A DNA stretch of 64,000 nt, from positions 2,976,001 to 3,040,000 of the forward strand of contig NC_087437.1 of the NCBI RefSeq assembly GCF_036321535.1, in the 5' to 3' direction. Position numbers and translations under genes: made by a program. The notes beneath the pieces are model-generated. The model had not been told where the DNA came from, did not search any database, and was given only the letters and a program-made list of their open reading frames with translations. The DNA is from Camelus dromedarius. Taxonomy: Eukaryota. Positions 24,851 to 38,290 of the stretch are shown in pieces; the first letter of the stretch is position 1, and each line of letters opens with the position of its first letter.

Positions 24851-25623
24851 TGATTATTACGTTAACCTGTAGGGACACTGCACAAGGGTGTAATGGTACA
24901 GCCCCTGCCCCTGAGGGGCTGCGGTGTAATCTGGGGAGCAGAACATCTTCCAGTTGTGAAGATGGAAGTTGGCCGTGTGATCTCATGCGTGGAGCACAGG
25001 ATCAGGTGTTATGTCTGAGGGTGTGTCCCCACCCTCCCCTCACCATTGGGCGTGCGTGGAGCACAGGCTCCCTGTTTCCCAAGAAGTGGTAAACCCTCTA
25101 GTCATGCTAGTTTCTTCCAGAGGTTAGGCTTTGGAGAAATCCTGTCTGGGTTTGATCTGTTCTTCAAAAAATAAAGCTCTTGTTTACCAAGGCGTAACTA
25201 CATGTAATTGCCTGATGAAATAGAATACACATGCATTCCTAACTCTGCCTTTGCTGTCCAGGCCATCTTTTTGGTTGTGTCCCTTTGGTGTCCTGGGAAA
25301 AGGCAGAGGGGAGGCCAGTCTGCTTTGCAGAATCCGATATGAATTTATTAATCTCATGATGCTCAGCCAGAGGCATCTCTTGGAATGCAGCCTCGGTGCT
25401 CCAGATAAGTGCCTCCTCTTACTGCCTGGTGCCAGTCTTCTCAGTTTACTCTCCTTCCCAACTCCATGACAGTCAAGTGAAGGAGGGAGAAGGATTCTGT
25501 ACCGTTGCCGTCCTGGCTGCTGACTTCTGTTGGTCCAGGAGCATCACCTCAGTGGCTTTCATAGCTCATGTCTGTGCACTGGGGCTCAGGTTCTGCCTAC
25601 TTGAGGCCCACCATCACCCCCAA

Positions 25624-25845
25624 CAGGGGTCAGCAAACTGGCCAAGGAGCCCCGTCTAGCCTGCCACCGGTCTTTATAATAAAGCTTTGTTGGGACACAG
25701 CCATACCCATGAACTGACAGTGTCTGTGGCTGCCTTTGTGCTACAAAGGCAGAGTTGAGTAGTGTTTGTGAGAGACCATATGGCCCACAAAACCCACAAA
25801 ATATCCTATCTGTCCCTTGACGGAAGAAGTCTACTGGTCCTCGAC
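25624..25845. mobile_element. MER58A-like MITE
   Basis: caggggtcagcaaact...aataaagctttgttgggacacagcca...gcagagttgagtag...gagaccatatggcccacaaaa. Confidence 0.85.
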
Positions 25846-27399
25846 CTAGAGATGAGAAGCAGAGAGGAGGGAGTCTCCCAAGACAGCGATCACCGCTGTT
25901 CTGCAGGTGGGGACGTTCAGGACCAGGAAGGATAAGATAGGAAAGGTGCCCATGGAACGAAGGGACCAAGTAGTAACTGGAGCTTTGATACCGGCCCTGC
26001 TGTTGATTAAGCTGTCGTCTGTAACAGCTTCTCTCATTCCTGTTGAAGTTGCCCCTAATAATATGCCATGTTTTTCATCACAAAAGTCATATGAAATGCT
26101 CCAGTGATGGGAAATTTAATGGGTTTCTGTGCAATGACTCCCTGTTCTCCCACAGCTGTGCCACAATGGCTGCTTACAATTTCAAAACAAAACTGTCCTT
26201 GCGGGTCTGACCTTACATGTTTAAGTACTGGTTCTGAACAGGATAGTGAGGGTCCCCTTTTTCAGCCACCAGGGTCCCTTCACTGCTTTGAAAGTGTGGA
26301 GTTTTCCTGGGCCACCAGCTGCCTGTGAAGTATCCCTGAGGAACCCACCCCATGCCCAGCATCTTCTTTTCCCCTTTCTGTCCTTAAAGGGGCCACGAGG
26401 AGAATGGAGTGTGAAATCCAGGCCTGTTGACCAACGAGTCTTGCTTTGCAAGGACGGCAGAGAGTCCAGGAGCCCCTCATTGTCCGGTACAACTGACTCC
26501 ATCTCTACTAAGAGCTGTCAGTCTCATCTCAGCGCTGTGACTGCCCCTCCCCAGAGCTTCTGCTCAGGGTTGTCTGCAGGCTGAGATCCACCAGACTCAG
26601 GACCGCCTCCATCTGGATGGGTGCCCTGTGGGCTTGCAGCTGTCCTGTCCCTTCCTCTCTCTGAGCGCCAGTCTCGCCTGCTGGGGGAAGCTGAGCTAGA
26701 TGGTTTCCGAGGCACCTCTTGGCTCTTTGATTTGAAGGCCTTTTGAGGCCGTCTGCATGGCCGGCTCAGCAGTTCTCTTCATGCTGGTGGTGCATCCCTG
26801 CCTGGAGTGCCTTTGAAGCCAGCGGGGAAGGCTGTGTGCCAGGAAATCCCTGCGCTTGGGAAGAGGAGGGCTCCCGGGCTGCTCTGGGGACTGGAGGTAA
26901 CCGTGTGAAGGCACAGCTCGGCTCTGCGAGGTCGGGGCCAGGGGGGTCAGACCCAAGGCAGATGTGGCCAAGTCTGGCCTGATTTTGCTTAGCATTGGAA
27001 CAGTGGAGAGAAGCCACAGTCCCTCTGGTTCCAGGCTCGGGGAGAACAGGGAAGGACAGTCATTTCTCCCCAACCAGACCATCACTGGTCTCTGACCATA
27101 GAGATCTGGGCACAAGAGGGACTGGTTGCCTGGGCTCAGCAAAGACGCAGGAATGGGGGGCGGGGGTGGGCAACCAGGTGCCCTGTGGGTGTGAGCACAC
27201 GGTGGTGAGGACCAACTGCTGGGGCCACGGGACCTCCAGGGAAGTCCTTGAGATCTTGTCAGACTCAAAATCCAGTTTCCTTGGTTACTAAAGTACTCCG
27301 TATATTTCTACCAAAATCCTTGTTTTATTCTGTTTTGCCCCTACTTTGTCAGGCCTTGATAGTCAGCACTGTTTTTTATAGCTGGGTGTGGACACCCTG

Positions 27400-27565
27400 C
27401 TAAATTCTTTCTTATCATCTCTTGTAATTTAAACCTCACAAGGTTAGATGTGGCTGGTTCTGTCTACATTTGGCAGAAGAGAAAAACTGAGGCTCTCCGG
27501 AGTTAGATCACCTGCCCAAGGCCACGGAGCTAGAAAGTTCTGCAGCTAAAATTCAAACCCAGACC
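27400..27565 (-). mobile_element. MIR SINE
   Basis: gaaaaactgaggctctccggagttagatcacctgcccaaggccacggagctag...attcaaacccag. Confidence 0.75.
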
Positions 27566-27706
27566 CTATACCCAGATGACACCGCTTTTAAGTGCCACGT
27601 CCCAATGGCTGCCCACCCTGCCTCGAATGTGTGGCTCATGTAATTGCTGGTGCAGTGAGGGTGCTGGGGAAAGGGGGCTTTCTACCTGTGCAGAGTTGGT
27701 ATAATC

Positions 27707-27921
27707 CTGGATTTCTCACTCTTGAGGTTGGGGCCAGAGAATTCTCTGCTGTGGGGGGCGTCTTGTGCATTGCAGAATGTCTAGCAGCATCCCTGGTCTC
27801 CACCCACTAGGTGCCAGCAGCACCCTCATCTCCGCCTAGTTGTGACAACCCCAGATATCTCCAGACTTTGCTAAATATCCCCTGGGAGACATAATTAACC
27901 TTAGTCGAGTGAGAATCACTG
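27707..27921. mobile_element. MER20 hAT-Charlie MITE
   Basis: tgtgcattgcagaatgtctagcagcatccctggtctccacccactaggtgccagcagcacc...agttgtgacaacc...ctccagactttgctaaat...gagaatcactg. Confidence 0.9.
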
Positions 27922-29049
27922 ACATGAACTCATGTTAATTTGCCATCAAAGAAAAAAGTCTCTGTATATGTAATTTCTTTATTTTTTTTTTTCCTTTTGC
28001 ACCAAAATTCTGTCATTCATGGCTTGAGCCCTTCTTCCTGCCTGGCTGACATCCTGAACTGTGTTGCTGGGAACTGTTTTCCTTGCTGGCACCTTCCCAA
28101 ACATGCCAGCCACCCTCTTGTTGAGCCTGGAGACTCCTGGGGAAGTATTAAGAGCCAAGCAGCCCTAAAAACAGTGTGTTCCTCCTGGTGCTAAGTGCCT
28201 CTGCTCAGGCAGGAAAATGCATCAGTGGTGTGAACATACGGCATCAACATGGCCTGTGAAAACCATGCTGGGCCTCTAACAAGCTTGGAGGGAGGGGACA
28301 GGCTGGCCAAGCTCCGGAAGCTTTTGGAGTGGGACCCCTTTCCCCCAGGAGCAGATGGGCTGGGGCTTCTCGTGGGTCTTGACTCCATACAGGCCGAGGC
28401 TTGACAGGGGGAAGGCCGGTGACTTGAAACCATTGCATTCCGCTCCTTCAGTAAAATACCCCACAGACCTTGACATTTGCCGCCCAGGAGGACCTGGAGC
28501 AGCCCTGTGCCCTGCACCAGCCCCACTTCTGGCTCCAGGCAGGGGTCTCTTAGGTGAGGGTGCAGGTGGCTCAGCAGGGACCCACTGCCTTCTGCGCTCA
28601 TAGCCTCCTGAGGGTGGGGCGTCACTTGGAGAGTTCCAGGCCAACCTACAGTCTGGGGTACTGGTCTCTGAGCAGGGTCTGAGCTGCTCAGTGCCCAGTT
28701 TAATAGTCCCAGGTGGCAGAAGGCTAGAGAGGGCATGGGGGTAGTTCACCAGAAAAGGGGTGCCTGTGGGTCCTTGTCATTGTGCCTTGGGTGAGAAGTC
28801 TCCCTCCCAGGGGATGTCACAGGGATAATGGACTTTTAAAATAGCCTCTTTTTTTAAGAATGTAAATTTTTGACACTAAGTAAAATCGTCAGAAACAGTC
28901 TTTAGAAATTTATTCAGTGAGTTCTTCTCATGGAAGGGTATACGGGCATATCCTGAACCCAGCTGGCAGCTCGTGGCAGCCATGTGCCTGCACCTCCATT
29001 GGTGTGCACACCTGTGCACGTACATGCTTGTCTCCATGTGGAAGACGAG

Positions 29050-29240
29050 GGCTTAAAGCCAGATGAGCCTGTTTCCAACTCTAGCACCCTCACTCCCCGC
29101 ATGTGTGGTGTGGACGAGTTACTTCCGGCTTCTGAGCCCATTTCCTGGTCCTTCAAACAGGAGGAGTAGTCCCGACATCACGGCACTGTTGTGAGGGTTA
29201 GAGATAATGCATTGGAAGTTACAGAACACAGGGGGCTCTT
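29050..29240 (+). mobile_element. MIR SINE
   Basis: gagttacttccggcttctgagcccatttcc...ctgttgtgagggttagagataatgca. Confidence 0.6.
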
Positions 29241-30039
29241 GATAAATGACATTATTACTGCAATATCCTTTTGTGAATTGTTACGATACCAAGTCTGGGA
29301 TAGAGCTGATTTTCTTAGCTCACTCTTTAGTAATCAGGCTGTTACACCTGACAATTCCTCCATTTCACTCTTGGGACTGGATATAGATGTTTTCCATTCC
29401 AAAATACTTACTCTCTTTTAATCCTCATTCAGTAAGGAATAATAACGATCTTTCAGGAATCTGAGTTATCTTCACATAACACCTCCAGGGGCTGTGGCTT
29501 TTCATTCATTTGCATGAACATTTATGAAGCACCGACTGTATGCCAGAGAGATCTCAGGGCTGGAGATTCAGCAGTGAGAACAGAGACAAAGATGGCTGCT
29601 TGCTGGTAGTTTAGGTGCCAGGTCTGCTCCCACCACGCCTCCAGGAAAGGTGTGCCACTCAGTGTCAGAGATACCCGCTGTGAGCAGACTTTGTGTCACG
29701 TAGCAGCACGTAGTGATGGAAACAATATGGAGATATGGTGAATGTGTTGTGGAACAGAACCATGAGCAATTGACTGAGACAGAAAATACAAAATCATGAC
29801 AGGTGTCATGGAAACCCAAGAATTGATTTAGGGTAAATTTATGGATGAATAATTCATTATGGCTTATTAAGGGGAGTTGAGAGCACAATGGCCGGAATGT
29901 AGTATATAAATGTTTGAATGAATGAATTGTTGAATGAAGGAAAGGTCAGCCATGTGCAGTTGTGCGGGTTTCATACTGAGTCCCAAGGCAGGCCATTCAG
30001 ACTGTGGCGATAGTGTGTTCATGAGTAGTGGCTCTGCCG

Positions 30040-30170
30040 AGAACTTCGCCCAGGTAACCTCATTTCATCCTTCCAACACTCCGCTCTCGAAGTGGGATTT
30101 TCTTCATTTTGCAGATGTCACTTTGGGACTCAGTGAGGTTGTTACCTGCCCAGGTTCACAAAGTGTGTTG
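30040..30170 (-). mobile_element. MIR SINE
   Basis: ctcatttcatccttccaacac...cattttgcagatg...gggactcagtgaggtt...cctgcccaggttcaca. Confidence 0.65.
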
Positions 30171-30345
30171 GTGCCAGGGGTGGGAGTGTGCTCATGATTG
30201 GAATGCAGGACCCCCCCCCCCCCAACTCCGGAGTCCCTGCTCGAAGAACAGGAGGAAGCAGTCACTTGGAATTAAACTTGATGGTTTGGGTCTTGTCTTG
30301 TCTTTGAACCAAATGCTTAGGTCTCTTTTCCCCCTTCTCCTCAAG

Positions 30346-30437
30346 AGAAGCTTGGATCCAAGACCCCAGAAAAACCCATCTGCTAGAGATGGCGGATACA
30401 CCATGTGTATTATTAACAAAATTAATACAAACAAAAG
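30346..30437 (+). other. Candidate 5' exon
   Basis: Long pyrimidine tract but a weak AAG acceptor; donor AAG|GTAACA; GAGATGG at 30386-30392. Confidence 0.3.
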
Positions 30438-31379
30438 GTAACAGCGCTGGACCAGATGACGCGAGGAGCTGTTACTGCAGCATCTAGTCAGCTTCTCAGC
30501 CCGGAGATCACATCCAGCTCAGATATGCTGTTTCTTTTATAATTAATTTCAGTATCCCTCCATTCCTGAGTCAGCAGTAAACTGGATAGCACACTGCCAC
30601 GTTGGTGTCATTTCATGCCTGTGAAGTAACGCGTCCTTCCCCACATGGCCCTGTGGAAGTCTCGGTACATCCCGCTCCTGTGTGGTCTTGGAAACCACAG
30701 GAGGTGGGGTTGACTGACTGCTCCTGGTTGCTAGTTGCTCTTAAAGGCAATTTACTTCTCCATCAGCTTTTTAATGTAACAGCTCAACCCAGAGAACTAC
30801 AAGAGGTGAAAGAAAAATGTATGTCAGGTTAAAAAGAATTGTGGGCAACAATGAATACCTTTGTAAAGTTTCAGGAAAAGCAGGGTTATGAGTTATATGA
30901 CTTTGGGAGGAGAGGGCATTATACCTGCGTTGGGCGCATCTTGCTTCTCGTGCTGTGAGCTTCTCTCCGAATCTCAGAGCCTGTAGAATTCTTGGTGATG
31001 ATCTACTTACAGCTGTAAACAGGCTTTACGTCTTTTGTTGTGGTTATCTTTCTTAAAGAAAGAAGGGGAGGAGTGAGGAAGAGGATTATATGTCTGCATC
31101 ATGCACTTCATTTCCCTAATTCCTTCCAAGGACCCTGAAAACCAGACACTGTTATCTCAGTTTACTGATGATGAGGGTGAGGTCCTGGGAAGGCGTGCAG
31201 CCCAGGGTGTGTGTTGCAGCTTGTCATCTCCGCGCTGTCTGCTGTGTGGCCTGTGCTCTTTCTATAGTAACATATATTTTGACACTCAGGGAGGGGCTGC
31301 TTTTCTTACACAGAAGAGGGAACAGTTCTATGTTAGACAGTATCTCCTGCAGGTAAACATAAAACAGGAATACTGGGTA

Positions 31380-31530
31380 TTTCATGAATGATTACTCTGT
31401 GTTAGGCATTATGCCAGGTGTTATACTCGCATAGCACTTTGGTGAGGAAGGTACTGTTTCTGTCCCTATCTGACAGTTGAGGAAGCTGAGGCTCAGAGAG
31501 GTCATTGATCTCCCCAAAGTCACACAGCCG
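31380..31530 (-). mobile_element. MIR SINE
   Basis: gacagttgaggaagctgaggctcagagaggtcattgatctccccaaagtcacacagc. Confidence 0.75.
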
Positions 31531-34500
31531 TTAGAAGTGTTCTTTCACTTACATGGTTTTCTCCTCTGTGAGACTTTAAACTTCTAGGAGACAGGGACTG
31601 TGCCTTGTGAACTTCTTCATTTCTAGAAGCCCCTGTGAAGTGGTTTTTCCATAGTAGGTGCCTCCTAGACACTGGAATGTTGGTGAAGTCAGCTGACCCT
31701 GGAGTCTGCCCATTTGATCTTATCACACATTCTGACCAGGCCTGGTTTATAGGTGGGGAGGTGGGGACATGAGCATGTTAGGAGACTGTTGCCTTCCTTC
31801 TGTGGAGCGTGGTGGCCTCCAGCTCTTGCATACATGTGATAGGAATGGAATATTTGTGCATGTGTGTGTGCAAGAGTGTGTGTGTGTGTGACTGCATTAG
31901 CCAGAGTGATACAGATTGTGCCAACCTGACAAATAACCCCAAGTGCTGCTGAGCGCTTGGGCTGCTGTCCCCATTGTCAGTGGTCTGAGGAGTGCCTTGA
32001 CCTTTGGCTCTGCCATTTCAGCAATACGCCTCCTTCATGGTCACCACGGCAGGTGACGGAGTGCTGGGACCATCTTGTCATTGAAGAGACACACATCCTA
32101 CGGGTCACATCACCCCAGACTGCAAAGCAGGTGGAGAGGAGGCATTCTCCCTAGTGACAAAGAAGAAGGAGTTCAGGTGTCAGTGAGCTCTGAATACTCT
32201 ACTCCAGTGGTACCAGCTCTTTATTTTATTTCTACTACTGAGTTACCGAAAAGATTAGCAGTAACAGTTATAGTATTTTGATATTTCTTCAGAATAATTT
32301 CATGGATCTGCTATTCCATTAGTCACGTGGTATTAATTTCAGTTCCATATGTTTAATCACAGTGACTCATGCCCAACTCTGGCTATTTTAAGTTTCTGTA
32401 TGTTGGCTATACCAGTAACTACAATTTTTTTAAAGGCTGTTTCTTCTAAACCATCAAGAATGTTTTAGCTCAGGATATTGTTCTGTTTTCTTGGTACTGT
32501 CTCAAAGGATGGCTTAACTGGACTCTTTTTTTTTTTTTATTTTTAACATCAGTGTAAAAATATTTTCTAGCAGATTTTTAAAATCCTAACAAAATGTAAA
32601 ATTACATACATTATGATCCCAAATTTCTCCTCTCTGATGAGTGCTGTTTGTGTCCCTCTGTCTCTCCTCTACACACACACACACCCCACACTGGAAATCA
32701 ATACATCAAAATATTAACACCTGTAATCGCTGAGCCTAATGATTATTTTTATTTTCTTCTCTATACTTTTTTGAACTTTACATTTTTATACCAAAATATC
32801 TTTTAAAAAGTTATCATAATTTGTTTTGCTTAGATATATTATAATCAGAAGAAAATATATTTTAATGTAGACATAAATACAGAATAGGTATTTAAAAGTG
32901 CTCATGCATTTTTGTAGTTCTGTCTCACAGAACAGAACTAAATGGTGCTTGTTAGCGGTTACTCCCTTGCTCTGTCTGTTTGAAGTCATTTAGAACTTGG
33001 GGACAATGTCGAGAAAAGGGTTTGAGAGCAGGAGGGGAGAGAGGTGACCCTCAGTGACAAGGGTCATCATCTCCACCATGAAGTCCAGTTTAAGTAGGGT
33101 CATGGTCCCTGCGTCACTGTCCCCTCTGCTTGCCAGGTGAATTAAGTCGGTGTCTTCTGACAAATGTCATCCTGCAGTTAACACGCGGGTGGGTGCGTTC
33201 CCATGTCTCCGCTTACTTGGCCCCTGGCTGTCGGCAGCCTGGTCTTTTCAGTCAGGACCTATATGACTCCTTTTCTCAAGTGCCTTTTTACTTCCTTAGT
33301 ACCCAGTAAATCTGGATGGAGAAGAGAGATGTTAGTTTGTTTTAATCACTTGCCTCTCGGGAAATGTGCTGAAAAGCCGGCATTAGGATGGTTTGGACAA
33401 GGCTAGGGTCATGCAGCTGCAGGGTCTGACTCCCCCGGACACATCACCCCGTTACAGGCACTCAGAGTGAGCAGGAGGCCTGCCCCCTGGGAGCAGGTGG
33501 TGAGGACGGCCTCCCTTAGACGTAGGAGAGACGGGAGGCTCGTGGCTGTCAGGGCCATCCTAATCCCTGCTGTCTGAGTGCCACGCGCCTGCTCCCCAGG
33601 GACAAATTACCTAGGAGGGGGCTGGGGTCAGCAGAGGGAGCTGACCACAGGGCTTTGTGAAGAGGCTGCTCAGGCTGGCAGCTCAGAGCCATCCGACCAG
33701 ACAGTCATCACAGCAGGCTGAGGAGCGGCTGCTGTGGCCAGTGCCCCTCCTCCCAGTCCCCCTTTGATCATAGAGCCCCTCAAGGGACATTGTGAAGTCA
33801 CCTGTGCCACCTGTGTGGCTGTGTGGGCTGACAGTTTGGTGCATGGGCTCACCATGTGCAGCCGTGGCGCTGGGCAGACGGGCAGGTGTGTCAGTGGAGA
33901 CGAGTCCTGTTCATCGAGCTCAGCGCTTCTTGTGCCCCGAGGTGCTCGTGGATCCCCGGGCCTTGACAAATCGCAGACTCTGTCTCGGTGGGTGTGGAGT
34001 GAGGCCCGAGAGCCTACATTTCAGCATCTTCAGGTGATGCTGAGACTGCTGATTTGGGGCCACACTTTGAATCCTGAGGATTTAATTGAATCCTGGGGGC
34101 ACCAGGCTGTCAGAGGATATTGGCAAAGCTTAACTTCTTGATACATTCTTCTAATTCACCTTTTATCTATTGCAAAGGATGATTAGTTTAATACAGCCTT
34201 TGATATACAAATAACTCTTAAAGGGATTGATTCATAGTTGAGTTTCTTTTTATTTGCTTTTTTTAAGTTGGGACAGAAGTGTCCGAATGGGCACTGTGGG
34301 CTGGTTTTCTGCAGGCTTATCAGAAACACACCTCCTCACCTAAACCCTGCACCCTGATTTCCTAAACTGTAAGCTTCTGGAGGATGAAAGTTGATCCTTC
34401 GTGCAGACAGGTGCTTAATAAAGACTTTCTTGTCATATTTCATATCTTTTAGTGTGATCTAACTTGGCAAAAAATGAAAAGAATGAAAAAGGCTTTGGCA

Positions 34501-35329
34501 TTTGAGTTAAATGTGACAAGAAAAATGGAAGCAGTTCCTCTGGAACGTCATGCCTTGTCTTCCTGCCTTGGTCAGAGCTCAACTCCTTACAAGACTTCCG
34601 TGAAAGTGACAAGTCGGCTGCACAGTCATGAGGACTTTGGTCCCTGTCACTCACCTTTTCTTCCTGGGTCCCTGTGAGGTTTTCTGCTGAGGTGTGGGTT
34701 TAATTTAACATCCCCACCTTTGCAGCGGTTGGCCTTTGGCTCTTCCAGACTCTGTTCTGAGCACCACAGAGCACTCCTGAGATGACGCATGGGGCGGGAG
34801 TGGGAAGCAGGAAAGCGGCTCCAGGAGGCTGTGGCCACGGGGGTGCAGGTGCCACAGGTGATGATGGCAAGATGGGAGCTCAGCAGGTTTTATTAGCCGG
34901 TGCCGCTGTGTCTGCAGGGATATCATCCTTCTGAAAGGAGCTCAGCACTCACTGGGAACACCTGGTTAAGGAAAATAAAAGTATTTGGAAAGGATCACAA
35001 ATGGGGAAAAAATTATATTCAGCAGCAGCCGATCTAGGGAAGTTAGAAAAATGAATTCAGTCGCTCTCGGGTTGCCAGAGCTAACGTCCAGTGACTTTCT
35101 GCACTGGGCAAAGCCTTCAGCGACCTCTGTACCTTGGAGGGACTCGGGCTGTGGCCTGCGGGTGTGGGTTTTAGCCTCGATTCAGCCTGAGTCCCTGGGT
35201 GTTCTCCTCACTTGGGGAGTGCTGGGAAAGAGGAAGGCATAGGCCTGTCTTCCACCCACTTCATCCAGGCGTGGAGCTGTTTTTAAGAACTGTTGCTTTG
35301 CATCCATACCTAGTATAGATGGGATTTAA

Positions 35330-35705
35330 AAAATTTTTTTCTTTATTGGTTTACAATGTTGCATCAATTTCTGGTGTACAGCATAATGTTTCTATCATAT
35401 ATACACATACATATATTCCTTTTCATATTCTTTTTCATTATAGGTTACTACTAGATATTGAATATGTTCCTTGTGCTATACAGAATTAACTTGTTTCTCT
35501 GTGTATATGTATATATTTTATATATAGCAGTTAGTATCTGCAAATCTCAAACTCCCAATTTATCCCTTCCCACCCACCTCCCCCACCCCTTCCCGGTAAC
35601 CATAACTTTGTTTTCTATGTCTGTGAGTCTATTTCTGTTTTGTAAATAAGTTCATTTGTATCTTTTTTTTTTTTTTTTGGATTCTACATATAAGTGATAT
35701 CGTTT
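35330..35705 (-). mobile_element. L1 3' end (same young family as 15230)
   Basis: tttacaatgttgcatcaatttctggtgtacagcataatg...gcaaatctcaaactcccaatttatcccttcc...ttttgtaaataagttcatttg...attctacatataagtgatat. Confidence 0.9.
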
Positions 35706-36409
35706 GGCATAGAATTTTGTTTTTTTGATGCTGAGAACTACCCAGCACCTGATAATTCTTATGGTCCAGCTAGCAGGCTTTGAGCTCTTGTTTATGACAG
35801 TTGCTGCATCCTATTTGTCATGTATTTATAGTTTTTCTTTGCAGACAGATTGCCTTTGTCATTTCATCCATGGTCTGTTGATTAGAGCAACCACATTGCT
35901 GACATTATCTGCTCCTCATACTTGGGTAAGATTTCCCCTCTGCCCCTTTAGGGAAGTGTCTTGAGTTTGGTTCTTCTGAAATAAGATCAGCCATAATGTT
36001 CATCTATTCAAATTTAGTAATGTTTCGGTCGACCTAGTGGACCTTCTTGTTCTCTCACCAGCAAAAGAAATCATTTGGTAATCAGGGTTTAGTTGAATTT
36101 TTCTTTGCTTTCTTGGTCAAACTGTAATACTCAGAACCTTGGACTTTCTTCTCTGCAACATCTACTAAGTGGAGAGCAGAGAGACTGTAATTGTACATTA
36201 AAGCAATTTTGTTCTGACCAGGTCATGGCTGATGTAACTGAGGGTTTGTTTTGTGTGGATTGAGTCTGTCTTGACATCTCTATGCCTTAGTTTTCTCCTC
36301 TGTCAAATGTGGATGGTATGATTATAGTACACAGCTCGTGGGTTGATGGCTGTGGGATTAAGTGAGATAGTAATGTCTTCTCCATTTTTTGGTGTTTGTT
36401 TAATGCATT

Positions 36410-36820
36410 GGAAATGCCCCTGCCTCAGGACTTTTGCACTAGTTTGTTCTGTCTGTCTGGAATGTTTTTCCTCCCAAAATCCTAGTGGTCAGCTAATTTC
36501 TTTTTGGTTTTACTGAAGAATTCCTTCTCAGTGAATTTCTCTCATCTAAAATGTCACCTCCCTCTTAACACTTTATATCCTTTCTCCCTGCTTTATCCTT
36601 TGTCTTGCCTCTTATCACTGCTGTTAAACTGGGTATTTTATTTATTTATCTTGTTTAGTGACTGTCACTCCCTCCCTCCCAACCCATTAGAATGTAAGAT
36701 CTATGAAGTAAAGAAAAAATTGTGCCCTGTTTTACTCCTGGCACTTGGGGGTAAAATAAACATCTGTTAATATAATGTGTTCAGTGTAGTTCAGGTGTGT
36801 AGTAGGTACTTAGTAAGTAT
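36410..36820 (+). mobile_element. L2 3' region
   Basis: cctcaggacttttgcact...ctggaatgtttttcc...attagaatgtaagatctatgaa...tagtaggtacttagtaagt. Confidence 0.65.
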
Positions 36821-37309
36821 CGTGTTGTGACCGAACACCTCACCTGCCTTCTCTCCACTTACAGTCTGACTCTGCCACTGAATCCAATTCATCTTTCTTC
36901 CTGGGCCCACTCAAGGCCCTTCTTTACCATTTGCCTTCTTCTTCACATCCCATTTTTATAAGAGCATTATCTTTTTATCTGCTCTCCCCTGTGCTCTGAT
37001 TATTTCATATGTATTGCAGACTTCTTGTTAGGAGTAAATAACTCACACTTCCCCTGTTTCCTTCAGCAGAGTGCCAGGGGCAGAGTGAGTGGTCACTGAG
37101 TGTCATTGCTGGCTCAGTCTGCATTGAGGAACTGATTTATGACTGCAGAACTGATCATTTATGAACTAGACACTGTAAAACCAGTTGAATGGAGGAAAGG
37201 AACCAACCAAAAATCACGTGAGCGAGATACCTTTACTTGTATGGAAAATCTGGTCAATACTTGTCTCCATCACATTCTGGTGCGCTGGCGGCCCTGGCCT
37301 TCTTCTTTT

Positions 37310-37860
37310 CTTTCCCAAACTTTTAGTATGAAAAAAAATTTAAATATCAGAAAAGTTGGAAGAATTCTACAGTCAGTACCCGTGTACCCACCAGTTAGAT
37401 TCTAGTGTTAAAATTTTAACTTAATTGTGTTATCACATAACTATTCATTTGTCCACTCTTCTGTCTTTTCATCCATCTTGTATTTGGTGCATTTAAAATT
37501 GAAATGGAGACATCAGTGCGTCTCCCCCTAATTACTCAGCATATATTGAACTAGAGTTCAGTATGGCAGCCAGTAACCATTCTGATTCTTCTATGGTTTC
37601 ATATAAATGGAAACATGCAGATTGTACCTTCTCTTACATGAGGCTCAGCCACTAAACACAGTGTTCCAAGATTCATCTATGTTCTTATAAGCTCATTCCT
37701 TTTAATGGCTGTGTGGAATTCCACTGCGCCAATGTATCCCACTGCGTCTGCGCCCCAGTTGCTGGACGTTACGACTGAGGCTGCTGTCCACATGTGTTTG
37801 TGTACAAAGCAGTCTTCTGCACCTTGAGTAGACACCTAGGATTGAGATTTCTGAGTCCTA
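37310..37860 (-). mobile_element. Old L1M (L1MC/ME-like) 3' region
   Basis: cagaaaagttggaagaat...ttcatataaatggaa...caagattcatctatgtt...ttgagtagacacctaggattgagatttctgagtc. Confidence 0.6.
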
Positions 37861-37869
37861 GAGGGCACT

Positions 37870-38290
37870 CTTTCTTTTCTGTCCTCGAACATACCGAGCT
37901 TTTCCCTGCCTTGTGGCCTCTGCAGTAGTCTCTCTCTGAATGCTCTTCTCTGTGTATGAAATACTTTTGCCCCTTATGGTCAGGTCGTGTCAGATCCCTC
38001 AGACTGTGGCTTTCCCCAACCGCCTGATCTAAAGTAACCTTGTTGTCCCTCTTCAGCACGTGACTCTGTTAATTATCTGTATAGCTTTTCTTGTTGCCTG
38101 GTGATTTTGTTCCCCTAACATAAGCGAGGGATAAGGCCTCACAGCTTTTCTTCCCTCGTTCTGTAATCTAAAATGCTCAACAGCAGTGTAGTTTTTAGTA
38201 GTTTTAGATTATTCTGTGGTCAGAAATGGCATGGCATATAGTAGGCAGTCAATAAACATTTGATGAGGAGGGAATCCAGGAATGAATAAA
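37870..38290 (+). mobile_element. L2 3' region
   Basis: Ends in tggcatatagtaggcagtcaataaacatttg...gaatgaat. Confidence 0.65.
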
